Origin: a virus
IMG/VR virus record: IMGVR_UViG_3300000059_000319
Coordinates: 6,592-70,591 of that record
Strand: one strand, 5' to 3'
DNA length: 64,000 bases
Shown here: positions 28,599 through 37,814 of the stretch, in pieces
Numbering within the stretch: position 1 is the first letter of the stretch
How the letters are laid out: each line of letters opens with the position of its first letter
Position numbers and translations under genes: made by a program
Notes under the pieces: model-generated
Database searches by the model: none
What the model was told of the DNA's origin: nothing
Seen by the model: only the letters and a program-made list of their open reading frames with translations

Positions 28599-29801
28599 TT
28601 ATAATGCGATTTTCTTATTTAAATTTTTCATATTTTCCTTTATAGTGCTATTCATTATTTTAGCATACCTTTGGGTCATTCTGCTGTTGGTGTGACCCAT
28701 CATAGCCTGTACAGAAGATAAATCAACATTATTATTTAGTGATACTGTTGCAAATGTGTGACGTGCTAAATGAAAGTGTAATTCTTTCTTAATCCCACAT
28801 ATATTACCAATTTCTTTTAAATATGCATTAACCTTTTGATTACTACACACAGGTAAACGAAAATGATAATCACTATTATTATATTTGGTTACAATATCTT
28901 CTGCTATTGGTAATAAGGGAATGCTTGACATAATATTAGTTTTCTCCCTTTTTTTCATTATCCACTTATCACCATTATCATCAAATACTATATGTTCATC
29001 AAATTTAAGTTCATTACAATCTATGTAAGCAAGACCTGTCAGACAGCTAAAAATGAATATATCCCTTACACAATTAAGTCTATGATTACCAAAATCTTTA
29101 TTATATATTTTCTTTATTTCATTCATAGTTAAATAACCTATATCTACTTTTTCAAGTGATAATCTAATATTTGCAAATGGGTTATTGGGTATTATACCAT
29201 CATTCCAAGCTATTAGACATATCTTCTTTAAATTCTTCATATAGTTAATTGATGTATTGTGACCAATTTTTAGTGTGGTTCTTATATAGTTGAACCAACC
29301 ATCAAGAAATGATTTATTGATTTCAACCATTTCTATATCAGTTCTATTATACTTTTCTTTTAGATAAGCTTTAAGATGGGTTAGGGTGGTCATGTGTTTT
29401 TGCCATGCAGCATATGATACACCATTTTTCTTATATAATGCTTCATATTCATCATTATGTTTTTGATATAGTTTTACAAGTGATGTATCACGTTCATCAA
29501 TTTTACCTTGAAACATATCTTTAATAGTATGAATATTTACAGGTATGTTTTTCATTAATAGCTTAGACTGACATTCATATAATTTCAATCTTGATAGGTT
29601 GATGAAGTTGTTGAACTCGATAGATAATTCATCATCACCAATTGCAATCTGTTGTTCTTGTAACCATTTATCAGGTTCTATTTTTCTTGGTAGTGTTAGG
29701 ATTGTTCTTTCTTTGTTAATAGTAATGGCTACTTCAAGTGGTGCAAAGCCTTGTTTGTTTACTTTGGTTTGTCTAACTGTAAAAAATAAATTGAAATTCA
29801 T
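28599..29801 (-). CDS. int: Tyrosine site-specific integrase (Bacteroidota arm-binding + SAM-like type)
   Basis: RDIFIFSCLTGLAYID, HLARHTFAT, MGH, TQRYAK catalytic motifs. Confidence 0.95.
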   Translation of the reverse strand: MNFNLFFTVRQTKVNKQGFAPLEVAITINKERTILTLPRKIEPDKWLQEQQIAIGDDELSIEFNNFINLSRLKLYECQSKLLMKNIPVNIHTIKDMFQGKIDERDTSLVKLYQKHNDEYEALYKKNGVSYAAWQKHMTTLTHLKAYLKEKYNRTDIEMVEINKSFLDGWFNYIRTTLKIGHNTSINYMKNLKKICLIAWNDGIIPNNPFANIRLSLEKVDIGYLTMNEIKKIYNKDFGNHRLNCVRDIFIFSCLTGLAYIDCNELKFDEHIVFDDNGDKWIMKKREKTNIMSSIPLLPIAEDIVTKYNNSDYHFRLPVCSNQKVNAYLKEIGNICGIKKELHFHLARHTFATVSLNNNVDLSSVQAMMGHTNSRMTQRYAKIMNSTIKENMKNLNKKIAL

Positions 29802-29971
29802 AACAATAATGATTTTAAATTATTAATTATGAGTTTCTTATATTCTATATTTTTATAAAAGCGTTATTTAAATTATTGATTGTTTTAATAATGGCAACTA
29901 CTTAAATAGTGGTTAAGTGACTGTACATCACAAAAGTTCACTATAAGTTGCAGGTCCATAATACCATTTCA

Positions 29972-29989
29972 GAATCCCTCTCTCTCCGC
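29972..29989 (+). other. att core: 3' end of a tRNA-Ser (GAATCCCTCTCTCTCCGC)
   Basis: Matches a T-loop/T-stem/acceptor 3' strand; no 5' tRNA half upstream; 170 bp from the integrase start; ATTGTTTTAATAATG repeated at 29879 and 30273. Confidence 0.75.
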
Positions 29990-30026
29990 TTAGAACGTTG
30001 TAAATGAAGACGTTACACAAATTATT

Positions 30027-30052
30027 AAGCAACCTTTGGGTTGCTTTTTTTT
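30027..30052 (+). terminator. Intrinsic terminator downstream of att core
   Basis: AAGCAACC-TTT-GGGTTGCTT followed by a T run. Confidence 0.75.
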
Positions 30053-30470
30053 ATGTGTTAGATTATAGAAATGTGTTGTTTATCAATTGATTAGTTAATA
30101 ATTTGTTATAACTAATTGATAATTCTCACCCCCTTAACCTCACCCTTCAACGGTTTTCATTTAAAGCTAATAAGTATTCCACACTTAATATAGCCGATAT
30201 AGTGCTATCTAATTGGTCTACACCTAATTGGCTTTAACGGACTTTTACCCCAAAATACCATTATAATAATCAATTGTTTTAATAATGCAACAATTAAAAC
30301 AATACAATTACATTAAAGAACTCATTTAAATATCTGTATCAAAGATAATTAAAGTTGCTCACTCCACCAAAAAACATGCTCACTAATGACAGAAAAGTGT
30401 TCACTTTCTTTGTTCACCCCCCTATTTTTTAAATTATTCCAATAAACAGATAATAAAAAGTTCTTATTCA

Positions 30471-30488
30471 AATCTTTATTATAAAAAG
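30471..30488 (+). promoter_or_regulatory. Late-promoter-like motif ahead of the head module
   Basis: AATCTTTATTATAAAAAG 30 nt before the protease ATG. Confidence 0.7.
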
Positions 30489-30500
30489 GTTATAAGAACT

Positions 30501-31052
30501 ATGAAGAAACTACCAATCTATGATGTTATTCTAACTGATGAAGATTTAGGAATGACAGCAGTAAGTTTTGTTGATGAACCTGCAATAGAAGAATTGTTTG
30601 TAGCCTTCAATAATGACCAAATAATGATGGCAAGTGATAAGCAAGAAGTAGTATCACCAATCTTAATACCTGACCAAGAAATTTACAGATGTGATAAAAC
30701 CACAGGAAAAGAATTTTTTATCAGATGGTCAGTAGAAACAATAGATGCAGTTGCTGTACAATACCTATTGAATCAGTTCAACAATAACACTACCATAATG
30801 CACCCACAATTTTATGATAAGAATTTGAAGTTAGAAGATTGTTTGGTTGATGATGTGTATTTAAAGCGTATGTGGATAATTGAGGATGCAAAGACAGATA
30901 TAATTAATACCAAGTATGGTTATAGTTTACCTGTTGGTACATTATGTACACACTACAAGATTCATAACAAACATCTATGGCAAAGGATAAAGAAGGGTGA
31001 ATTGAAAGGTTTATCAATCGAAGCATTTATGAGTATGGTTAAGGCTCAATAA
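30501..31052 (+). CDS. Prohead protease (XkdF-like)
   Basis: AVSFVDEPAIE, PILIPDQ.IYR, W..IK.GELKGLSIEAF motifs; first gene of the head module. Confidence 0.7.
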   Translation: MKKLPIYDVILTDEDLGMTAVSFVDEPAIEELFVAFNNDQIMMASDKQEVVSPILIPDQEIYRCDKTTGKEFFIRWSVETIDAVAVQYLLNQFNNNTTIMHPQFYDKNLKLEDCLVDDVYLKRMWIIEDAKTDIINTKYGYSLPVGTLCTHYKIHNKHLWQRIKKGELKGLSIEAFMSMVKAQ

Positions 31053-31079
31053 TAAAAATAAAAACACAAAAATAATACT

Positions 31080-31787
31080 ATGAACAAAAAGAAAATGAGT
31101 GTATTAAACAAGCTGATTACATTTTTAAATGATGTAACAGATGAAGCAGAAGCGATAATTGATGTTGCAGAAGTAGATACTACTGATAGTGGTGAAGTTA
31201 CATTAAGCTATACATTAGATAGTGGTGATGTAGTTACAGTTGATGCAGAAAAATTTGTACGTGATGCAAATATGGAATTATTAGAAGAAGGTAGTTATTT
31301 ACTTGAAGATGGTAATTTCTTAGTTGTAGATGCAGAAGGTAAGATTGTAGAAACAGTTGAAGAAGTTGCTGATGAATCAGCAGGTGAAGAAGCACCGATT
31401 GCAGAACGCAAAAATAAAAAAGTAGGACAAAAGAAAGTTACTAAAATTAAACAATCCAAGATTAGAAAAGGAATTAAACAAGAAGATGAAGTATCAGAAG
31501 ATGTAGTAGAAGATGAAAAAGTTACTATTACTATTGATGGTGTTGATTATGAAGTTGATAAAGCTGTTGCTGATTATATTAAGAAATTGGAAGGTGAAGT
31601 TGAAGTATCAGATGCAGAGATTGAACAATTTAAAACTAAGGTAAATAAATTTAAAAGTGAGGTATCACAATTAAAATCAAAATTACCAAGTGGAAAATTT
31701 GTATCAGAAGTAAAATCTGTAAATCAAAGTAAAGAAATGAGTGTTGAAGCATCTATTGCAAATGCACTTTCAAAAATGCGTAAATAA
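31080..31787 (+). CDS. Capsid scaffold-like protein
   Basis: Acidic, L..G.Y.LEDG..LVV..EG.I repeat-like motif, coiled-coil end; between protease and capsid. Confidence 0.6.
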   Translation: MNKKKMSVLNKLITFLNDVTDEAEAIIDVAEVDTTDSGEVTLSYTLDSGDVVTVDAEKFVRDANMELLEEGSYLLEDGNFLVVDAEGKIVETVEEVADESAGEEAPIAERKNKKVGQKKVTKIKQSKIRKGIKQEDEVSEDVVEDEKVTITIDGVDYEVDKAVADYIKKLEGEVEVSDAEIEQFKTKVNKFKSEVSQLKSKLPSGKFVSEVKSVNQSKEMSVEASIANALSKMRK

Positions 31788-31860
31788 TTTAATAAAAAAG
31801 GTTTACCAAAATCTTTATTATAAAGACACAAACAATAAAAAGAAAAACACAAAACAACAT

Positions 31861-32814
31861 ATGGCAAATTTAATTGATGCAAGTGCTATTGAATATACAT
31901 GTTTAGAGAATCGTGAATATTTCGTAAAAGCAATTAGAAAAGGTAACACATTAGCGAATAACTACATACGTGTATTACCAAATGTAACAAAAGAAACAAG
32001 AGTAAAGAAATTAGTATTGAATGGTGCAACTGTATCACAGGTTGATACACGTGATTGTGCATGGACACCAACCCAAAGAATTACAATAACTGACAAATTA
32101 ATGAAAGTAAATAACTTTAAAATTAATGAAGCTCAGTGTTTAGAAGACTTAGATAATTTGTATTCTGAAATGTTGTATTCAAGTGGTGCAAACAAAACTG
32201 AATTACCTGAAGGTTTAGAATCGGTTGTAATGCAACAAATTCAAGCATCATTAGGTAATGATATTGAAAAAATAATTTGGGGTGGTGCAGGTCAAGCAGT
32301 TGATGGTGTACAAGATGGTATTGTTGATAAATCATTAGCAGATGCATCTACTATTAAAATAACAGGTACTGCATTAAACACAGGTAATATTTTATCTGAA
32401 ATAGCAAAAGTATATGATGCTATACCAAATGAAGTAATTGGTGAAGGATGGTTTGACCCTGAACGTGCTGCTGTAAGAATCTTTGTAGATATGAACGCTT
32501 ACAGAATGTTAAGAACTGCATTAGGAACTACACCAACTGATGTACAAGTATTGTTACCAAATTGGACAATCGAAGGTGGTAAATTCTATTACTTAGGTAT
32601 TGAAATTGCTTTGGTTGGATTACCACAAAATACTATTGTTGCAGGTTCTTATGATAACTTAGTATTCTTAACTGACTTGTTATCTGATACTACTTCATTA
32701 CGTGCACAGGTTGGTAATGACTTTGAAGATGAAAATATTTGGAAAGTAAAAGGTAAATATCGTGCTAATGCTGATTATATCTTTGGTGATGAAATAGTTA
32801 TCTATTCAGTATAA
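31861..32814 (+). CDS. Major capsid protein (likely start MANLID)
   Basis: Size, position, I..DIEKIIWGG, promoter motif at 31810; track start 31741 overlaps the scaffold. Confidence 0.75.
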   Translation: MANLIDASAIEYTCLENREYFVKAIRKGNTLANNYIRVLPNVTKETRVKKLVLNGATVSQVDTRDCAWTPTQRITITDKLMKVNNFKINEAQCLEDLDNLYSEMLYSSGANKTELPEGLESVVMQQIQASLGNDIEKIIWGGAGQAVDGVQDGIVDKSLADASTIKITGTALNTGNILSEIAKVYDAIPNEVIGEGWFDPERAAVRIFVDMNAYRMLRTALGTTPTDVQVLLPNWTIEGGKFYYLGIEIALVGLPQNTIVAGSYDNLVFLTDLLSDTTSLRAQVGNDFEDENIWKVKGKYRANADYIFGDEIVIYSV

Positions 32815-32910
32815 TACCAATAACACAAACTTTAAAACTAATATGTGTGGTACATGAAATTGTGTACCACATATAAAAAATAATAACACAAAAAAAACAC
32901 AAAACTACAT

Positions 32911-33432
32911 ATGGCATTAAATTGTAAAATATCAAAACCTATTTTAGAAGATTGTGGTACTGTTGTAAATGGTATTCTAAATATGGCTATTGCGAATTGG
33001 TCAGATGATTATACCGCAACAGCATCAGGTACTGATTGTTATATAGATACTATCGACTTAGGTACTGAAAAATTCTATCAAGCAAACGTAGCAAAAGATA
33101 GTGCATCTGCAAATGCTGAATTATCAGCAGGTGCTAATAAGGATGCAAAAGCTATTAATCATATTGTTAATGGTACATTCAATTCTATCACTTGTGATAT
33201 GATTTCTGATTATAAAAATTATTTATTAGGAACTGTAATAATTGCATTTCAAAGGAGAGATAGAAGTGTATGGATTGCAGGATGGGATAATGGATTAACA
33301 GCAGAAACATTTACATATCAAACAGGTGCAGCAGAAGGTGATGAAGGTGGTATCACATTTACTTATAGTGGTATTCAACCTGATTTCTTATTACCTGTTA
33401 AAGATTGGGCAACCATCAAAGCATTAATGTAA
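32911..33432 (+). CDS. Major tail tube protein
   Basis: C....I..DC....GI...I.N N-terminus, W.AGWDNGL...TGA...D.GG.TFT.SG. Confidence 0.65.
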   Translation: MALNCKISKPILEDCGTVVNGILNMAIANWSDDYTATASGTDCYIDTIDLGTEKFYQANVAKDSASANAELSAGANKDAKAINHIVNGTFNSITCDMISDYKNYLLGTVIIAFQRRDRSVWIAGWDNGLTAETFTYQTGAAEGDEGGITFTYSGIQPDFLLPVKDWATIKALM

Positions 33433-33531
33433 TAATTGAAATAATGAATATTTAAAAGGTAGTAATCTATATATGGTTGCTACCTTTTTTTATATCCATA
33501 CAAATCTTTATTATAAAGAATGAATTAATAA

Positions 33532-34911
33532 ATGAAGTGTAAAATACATAAAGATATATTACCATCTAACCCTGATGGAAGTATAATAAGTGATTGTGGT
33601 AATTTAGATATTGCAACAGGTGGTATTCAAACACCTATTATATTATTTAATGCTGATGAAGTTCTTAATTTGGAATTTCTAAATGATTATAGATTTGATG
33701 AAAATTTAATTGTTGAAACTATTATAACAGATTCAACTTATTTTAAAATAGATGGTAGTTCAATTGAATATAAAGAAGTGTTTACTACCAATAATAAACA
33801 TCAACATACCCTATCATTATCACTAAATAACATTCACCCATCACTTGAAAGTACATTATTTGATGCTAAAAATGGTAGATATATAGTTTGTTTTCGTCCA
33901 AAAGGACAAGATAATTATAGAATGTTTGGTTGGAAAGAAGGTTCTGTTATGTCTATTGAATTAGGAATGAATGAGAGTGCAACAGGTTATACAGTAAAAT
34001 TTACATATGAATCTATATATCCATTATTCCAAGTACTATCAGATAATTTCAAATTAGAAGATAAATTTTTCACAGCCATATGGAATCCATTATATAACAT
34101 ATCCTATTGTGAATTAAATGGTGGTGATAGAACAGGTTTTGCAGTAGCACAATTTGTAGTGAAAGTAAATCAAGCAGGTCAAGCATTAGACAGGAATGAC
34201 CAATTATGTAGCGTTACAGGCTTACCACAGGTTGCATATAAATTGAATGGTACAAGTGGTACAGGTGGATATGAAATTATAGGTACATATTCTGAAAATG
34301 GTGTATTTGATGGTAAGCCTGTAAGGGTGTATGATGAAACAATTTGTCCACCTAATGCAACAGGTACTATAACAGTATCACCAACAGTAATCAATTTAAA
34401 TACAAATACTTCAAATGTACCATATACAGTTACATCAAGTAATGCGTGGAGCTTACGAGAAACACCATCATTAGTTAGTGTTAACCCTAATAGTGGTACA
34501 GGTAATAGTACAGGATTGATAGCAAGGAATAATACAGGTGGTACAAACATAGTATTATTTCAGAATAGAACAACACGTGAAATAGTACAGGTTACAGTTA
34601 ATATTTATTTGATTAAAGTAAATAATAATGTTGTATTGAATAATGGTACAACAGATTTTAATATACCTGTAACAGCAGAAGGTGGTTCAGCAGATTTTAC
34701 ATATGTAGTACCAAGTGGTTTAACGATAACTAAAAATGGTAATATTTTAAATTGTCATGTTACCACACCATCAACATCAGCACAAAATTATCAAATAGTA
34801 GTAACCCATATAAATGATAATACTGAAACACAAACAATTAATGTAAATATAAATGGTGTAAATGCTTCACCAAATTGGGTTGAAATAAGTAGATATTGTA
34901 AATTGGTTTAA
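33532..34911 (+). CDS. Tail-tube paralogue with Ig-like extensions and a C-terminal PNWxxxSxxC strand
   Basis: N-terminal domain resembles 32911..33432; ends SPNWVEISRYCKLV. Confidence 0.55.
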   Translation: MKCKIHKDILPSNPDGSIISDCGNLDIATGGIQTPIILFNADEVLNLEFLNDYRFDENLIVETIITDSTYFKIDGSSIEYKEVFTTNNKHQHTLSLSLNNIHPSLESTLFDAKNGRYIVCFRPKGQDNYRMFGWKEGSVMSIELGMNESATGYTVKFTYESIYPLFQVLSDNFKLEDKFFTAIWNPLYNISYCELNGGDRTGFAVAQFVVKVNQAGQALDRNDQLCSVTGLPQVAYKLNGTSGTGGYEIIGTYSENGVFDGKPVRVYDETICPPNATGTITVSPTVINLNTNTSNVPYTVTSSNAWSLRETPSLVSVNPNSGTGNSTGLIARNNTGGTNIVLFQNRTTREIVQVTVNIYLIKVNNNVVLNNGTTDFNIPVTAEGGSADFTYVVPSGLTITKNGNILNCHVTTPSTSAQNYQIVVTHINDNTETQTINVNINGVNASPNWVEISRYCKLV

Positions 34912-34915
34912 TAGT

Positions 34916-35467
34916 ATGAGATATTGTAATAATTTAGAACATAATATAAAGAATGAATGTAACACACATATATCAGGTATCAGAAGATTGTATTTGATAA
35001 ATGCAAAAGACTATGTTGGTGCTGATGATAGTACCATATACTTAACTATTGGTAGTAGTGCATTTGAAATTGACGCTGCTAAAAATACTGCATCATTAGT
35101 ACAGACTGCAATAACTAATAATAGAAAACAAACACATATTCAATCAGTATTAACTTTTTCGGTAAACAAAGAAGCTTCTAACCTATTGAAACAACAGATG
35201 GATTTAACATTAGGTAAATTCAAAGTATTGGTTGAATATTGGGATAGGTCTTGGTTATTTGCAGATAGTAGTGATTTCTTTTTTGAACAAACAAATGCTG
35301 TAAGAAATACAGGTATTCAAGAAAAAGATTTTGGTGGTTTTACATTCACCTATACATTAAGAAGTTATGATTATGGTATTGATTATGAATCTATGCCTGA
35401 TATTGTATTAGATGGAAGTACAGACCCTAATTGGGAATTAATAAGTGAAGAATGTGAGGTGATATAA
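34916..35467 (+). CDS. Tail-tube paralogue with a C-terminal PNWxxxSxxC strand
   Basis: C...I.NEC...ISGI..LYLIN; TG....DFGGFTFTY; ends DPNWELISEECEVI. Confidence 0.55.
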   Translation: MRYCNNLEHNIKNECNTHISGIRRLYLINAKDYVGADDSTIYLTIGSSAFEIDAAKNTASLVQTAITNNRKQTHIQSVLTFSVNKEASNLLKQQMDLTLGKFKVLVEYWDRSWLFADSSDFFFEQTNAVRNTGIQEKDFGGFTFTYTLRSYDYGIDYESMPDIVLDGSTDPNWELISEECEVI

Positions 35468-36456
35468 TGGCAGAAAGAAATGGATATTTAATAATTGAAG
35501 AAATGGATATAAACCCCAATTCACCAACATATAATCAAACAAGACAAAGAGAATTATATGATGTTGATTCTTGCCCTTTACCTAATGCTGATTATCAATT
35601 AGTTGATGAATTTTGTGAAACAGATTCAGATACAGGTGCAAGAACAGGGTGGAAAATATTAGTATATCAAGATATGAATATTAATAGTCCTACATATTTA
35701 GAAACTTATCAAGACCGAATACAGGATGAAACAACTTGTGATGTACAAACTGTTGACCCTGCATGGGAAGTTATTTCAGAAGCTTGTGAAATAATTACAT
35801 ATGGTTCAGGTAAAACAGGTAATAGTGGTTATTATATTATTACCTACCAAGATATGAATAGTTTATCACCATCATATAATGAAACATATGAAGATAAAAT
35901 ATATAATACTACTGATTGCCCTGCACCCGATATAACACCTAATTGGTTTACCCTATCTTCTACTTGTAAGACTATTAATATTGATGGTGTGATATATGGT
36001 GATGGTACAGCTAACATAGTACAGATTGACAGAAATGAATACTCACCAACTTATAATCAATATCGAGATGTGAATGAACCATCTGATACTTGTTCACAAA
36101 CAATTGGTAGAACAACCATAGGTGGTTATGATAATGCACCTGATGAATTTTTATTTGATACTGATGATTGGGTTGCAAGATTAGAATTGAAAAAAGTAGT
36201 TGGTGGTGTGGTTGATAGTTTGATTTATGTTATCAATTTGAATAAAGATAATATTGGAAAATTTGTATTTAATAATTTTAAAGATGTTCAATACAGAATC
36301 AATAGATGTAGTTATTGGGAATCACCAACATCAGATGAAGTAAGTTTAGATAATATCTATTTAAATCATAGTGAATACCCTGTTGATATTGATGATACAA
36401 GTATTGATGGTAAATGGTTGTTAAATAACACTTTGAATATATTACCAAACAAATAA
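35467..36456 (+). CDS. Two-Cys DxNxxSPTY repeat protein (half + three full repeats) with a C-terminal domain
   Basis: Repeats visible in translation; TAATG coupling to the upstream gene. Confidence 0.75.
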   Translation: MAERNGYLIIEEMDINPNSPTYNQTRQRELYDVDSCPLPNADYQLVDEFCETDSDTGARTGWKILVYQDMNINSPTYLETYQDRIQDETTCDVQTVDPAWEVISEACEIITYGSGKTGNSGYYIITYQDMNSLSPSYNETYEDKIYNTTDCPAPDITPNWFTLSSTCKTINIDGVIYGDGTANIVQIDRNEYSPTYNQYRDVNEPSDTCSQTIGRTTIGGYDNAPDEFLFDTDDWVARLELKKVVGGVVDSLIYVINLNKDNIGKFVFNNFKDVQYRINRCSYWESPTSDEVSLDNIYLNHSEYPVDIDDTSIDGKWLLNNTLNILPNK

Positions 36457-36476
36457 TTAAGATAAAATATTTATAA

Positions 36477-37412
36477 ATGGCAGATAATACAGGATATAGA
36501 TTAGATAGATATAAAGATATAAACCCATATTCACCGACATATGGAAATATAAAAACTGAAAAGGTATATGATACTTCTATGTGTCCTATACCTGTAAGTG
36601 GTGAAATAGTATATAAGATTGTAGTACCAAGTAATAATTATACTGATGTAGCATTTAGTAAGACATACAGTTTTTCAGGTGGTTTGTATAATGGTTGTTC
36701 AGTTCTTATAGATTGGGGTGATGGTTCTAATGAATTAATACCAATCACACAAACAGATGTATCACATACATATACATTAGCAGGTGAATATATTATAAAT
36801 GTTTCAGTTGCTGAAATTGGTAGTGGTGGTATAATTAGTTCTTTCACTATGAGTAAATTAACAAGTGAAATAATTAAATATAAACTAACATTCAAAACAT
36901 ATTTTAATACTATAATTAAACCTACAAATACATTAATAACTTTAATAGAACCAAGTGATTATAATATAATTAGAACAAATGAAGATAATAATGAAAATAT
37001 AGGAAGTTTTGGTTATATGTCTAATTTGGTTGAAGTACAAGATGGTGATTGGAGTAAGATATTTAATAATAAATGTATTGGTTATGGTAGTATGTTTGCT
37101 TTTGATAGCAAATTACAGACTATACCAACCCATATTATGAGTGGTTTAAAACCACGTGCATTAGGTTCTATGTTTTATGAGAATCAAAATTTGGTATTGA
37201 ATATAAATGATTTCTTTGATAATGTAGATTTAAGTAATGTAGATAGTGTAAATAGTATGTTTTATAACTGTAAGAAGATTACAGGTTCAGCATTACCCAT
37301 TATCAGTAGATTAAATCACTTATCAAGCTATAATGATTACTATAAATGTTTTTATAACTGTACATCATTAAGTGATTATAATTCAATACCTGCAAATTGG
37401 AAGGCACAATAA
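36477..37412 (+). CDS. Half repeat + PKD-like + BspA-like LRR adhesin
   Basis: MADNTGY...DINPYSPTY...CP, IDWGDG, MFYNC..., SDYNSIPANWK. Confidence 0.75.
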   Translation: MADNTGYRLDRYKDINPYSPTYGNIKTEKVYDTSMCPIPVSGEIVYKIVVPSNNYTDVAFSKTYSFSGGLYNGCSVLIDWGDGSNELIPITQTDVSHTYTLAGEYIINVSVAEIGSGGIISSFTMSKLTSEIIKYKLTFKTYFNTIIKPTNTLITLIEPSDYNIIRTNEDNNENIGSFGYMSNLVEVQDGDWSKIFNNKCIGYGSMFAFDSKLQTIPTHIMSGLKPRALGSMFYENQNLVLNINDFFDNVDLSNVDSVNSMFYNCKKITGSALPIISRLNHLSSYNDYYKCFYNCTSLSDYNSIPANWKAQ

Positions 37413-37431
37413 ATTTTAATTAAAAAATACT

Positions 37432-37773
37432 ATGGCAAATACAGGATATAAAATAAAGAAATACTTAGATACCAATCCATATTCACCGAGTTATGGAACT
37501 ACCAAAACTGAACGTATATATGCACCTGATGAATGTGTTGATGATGCACCTGCATGGTCAGAGATTAGCAGGGTGTGTAATAAGATAAATTATCAACCAA
37601 GTGGTGTAGCAGGTAATGATGGTAAAGCAACAGTTACATATGAAGATATTAATATTGATTCTCCATCATTTGGAACTACCAAAGTAGAAATAGTTAGTGA
37701 TTTATCTTCATGTCCATTACCAAATAAAACGGCTGATTGGGAATTACAAAATAGTGAATGTGAAGTTGAATAA
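37432..37773 (+). CDS. Small two-Cys repeat linker protein
   Basis: Homologue of 564..905. Confidence 0.75.
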   Translation: MANTGYKIKKYLDTNPYSPSYGTTKTERIYAPDECVDDAPAWSEISRVCNKINYQPSGVAGNDGKATVTYEDINIDSPSFGTTKVEIVSDLSSCPLPNKTADWELQNSECEVE

Positions 37774-37814
37774 AAATCATTCATTCAAATCTTTATTATA
37801 AAGAAGATATTGAA

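Larger units (their letters stand above)
1..29989. mobile_element. Prophage A (left part outside window), Bacteroidota siphovirus-like
   Basis: Portal, TerS/TerL, tape measure, lysis, sigma factor and integrase, ending at a tRNA-Ser 3' fragment; gene-for-gene homologous to unit B. Confidence 0.85.

Noticed and set aside
29900-29995. Complete tRNA-Ser gene
   Set aside because: Only the last 18 nt match; the upstream sequence lacks the 5' acceptor strand, D-arm and intact TTCG, so it is an att core.
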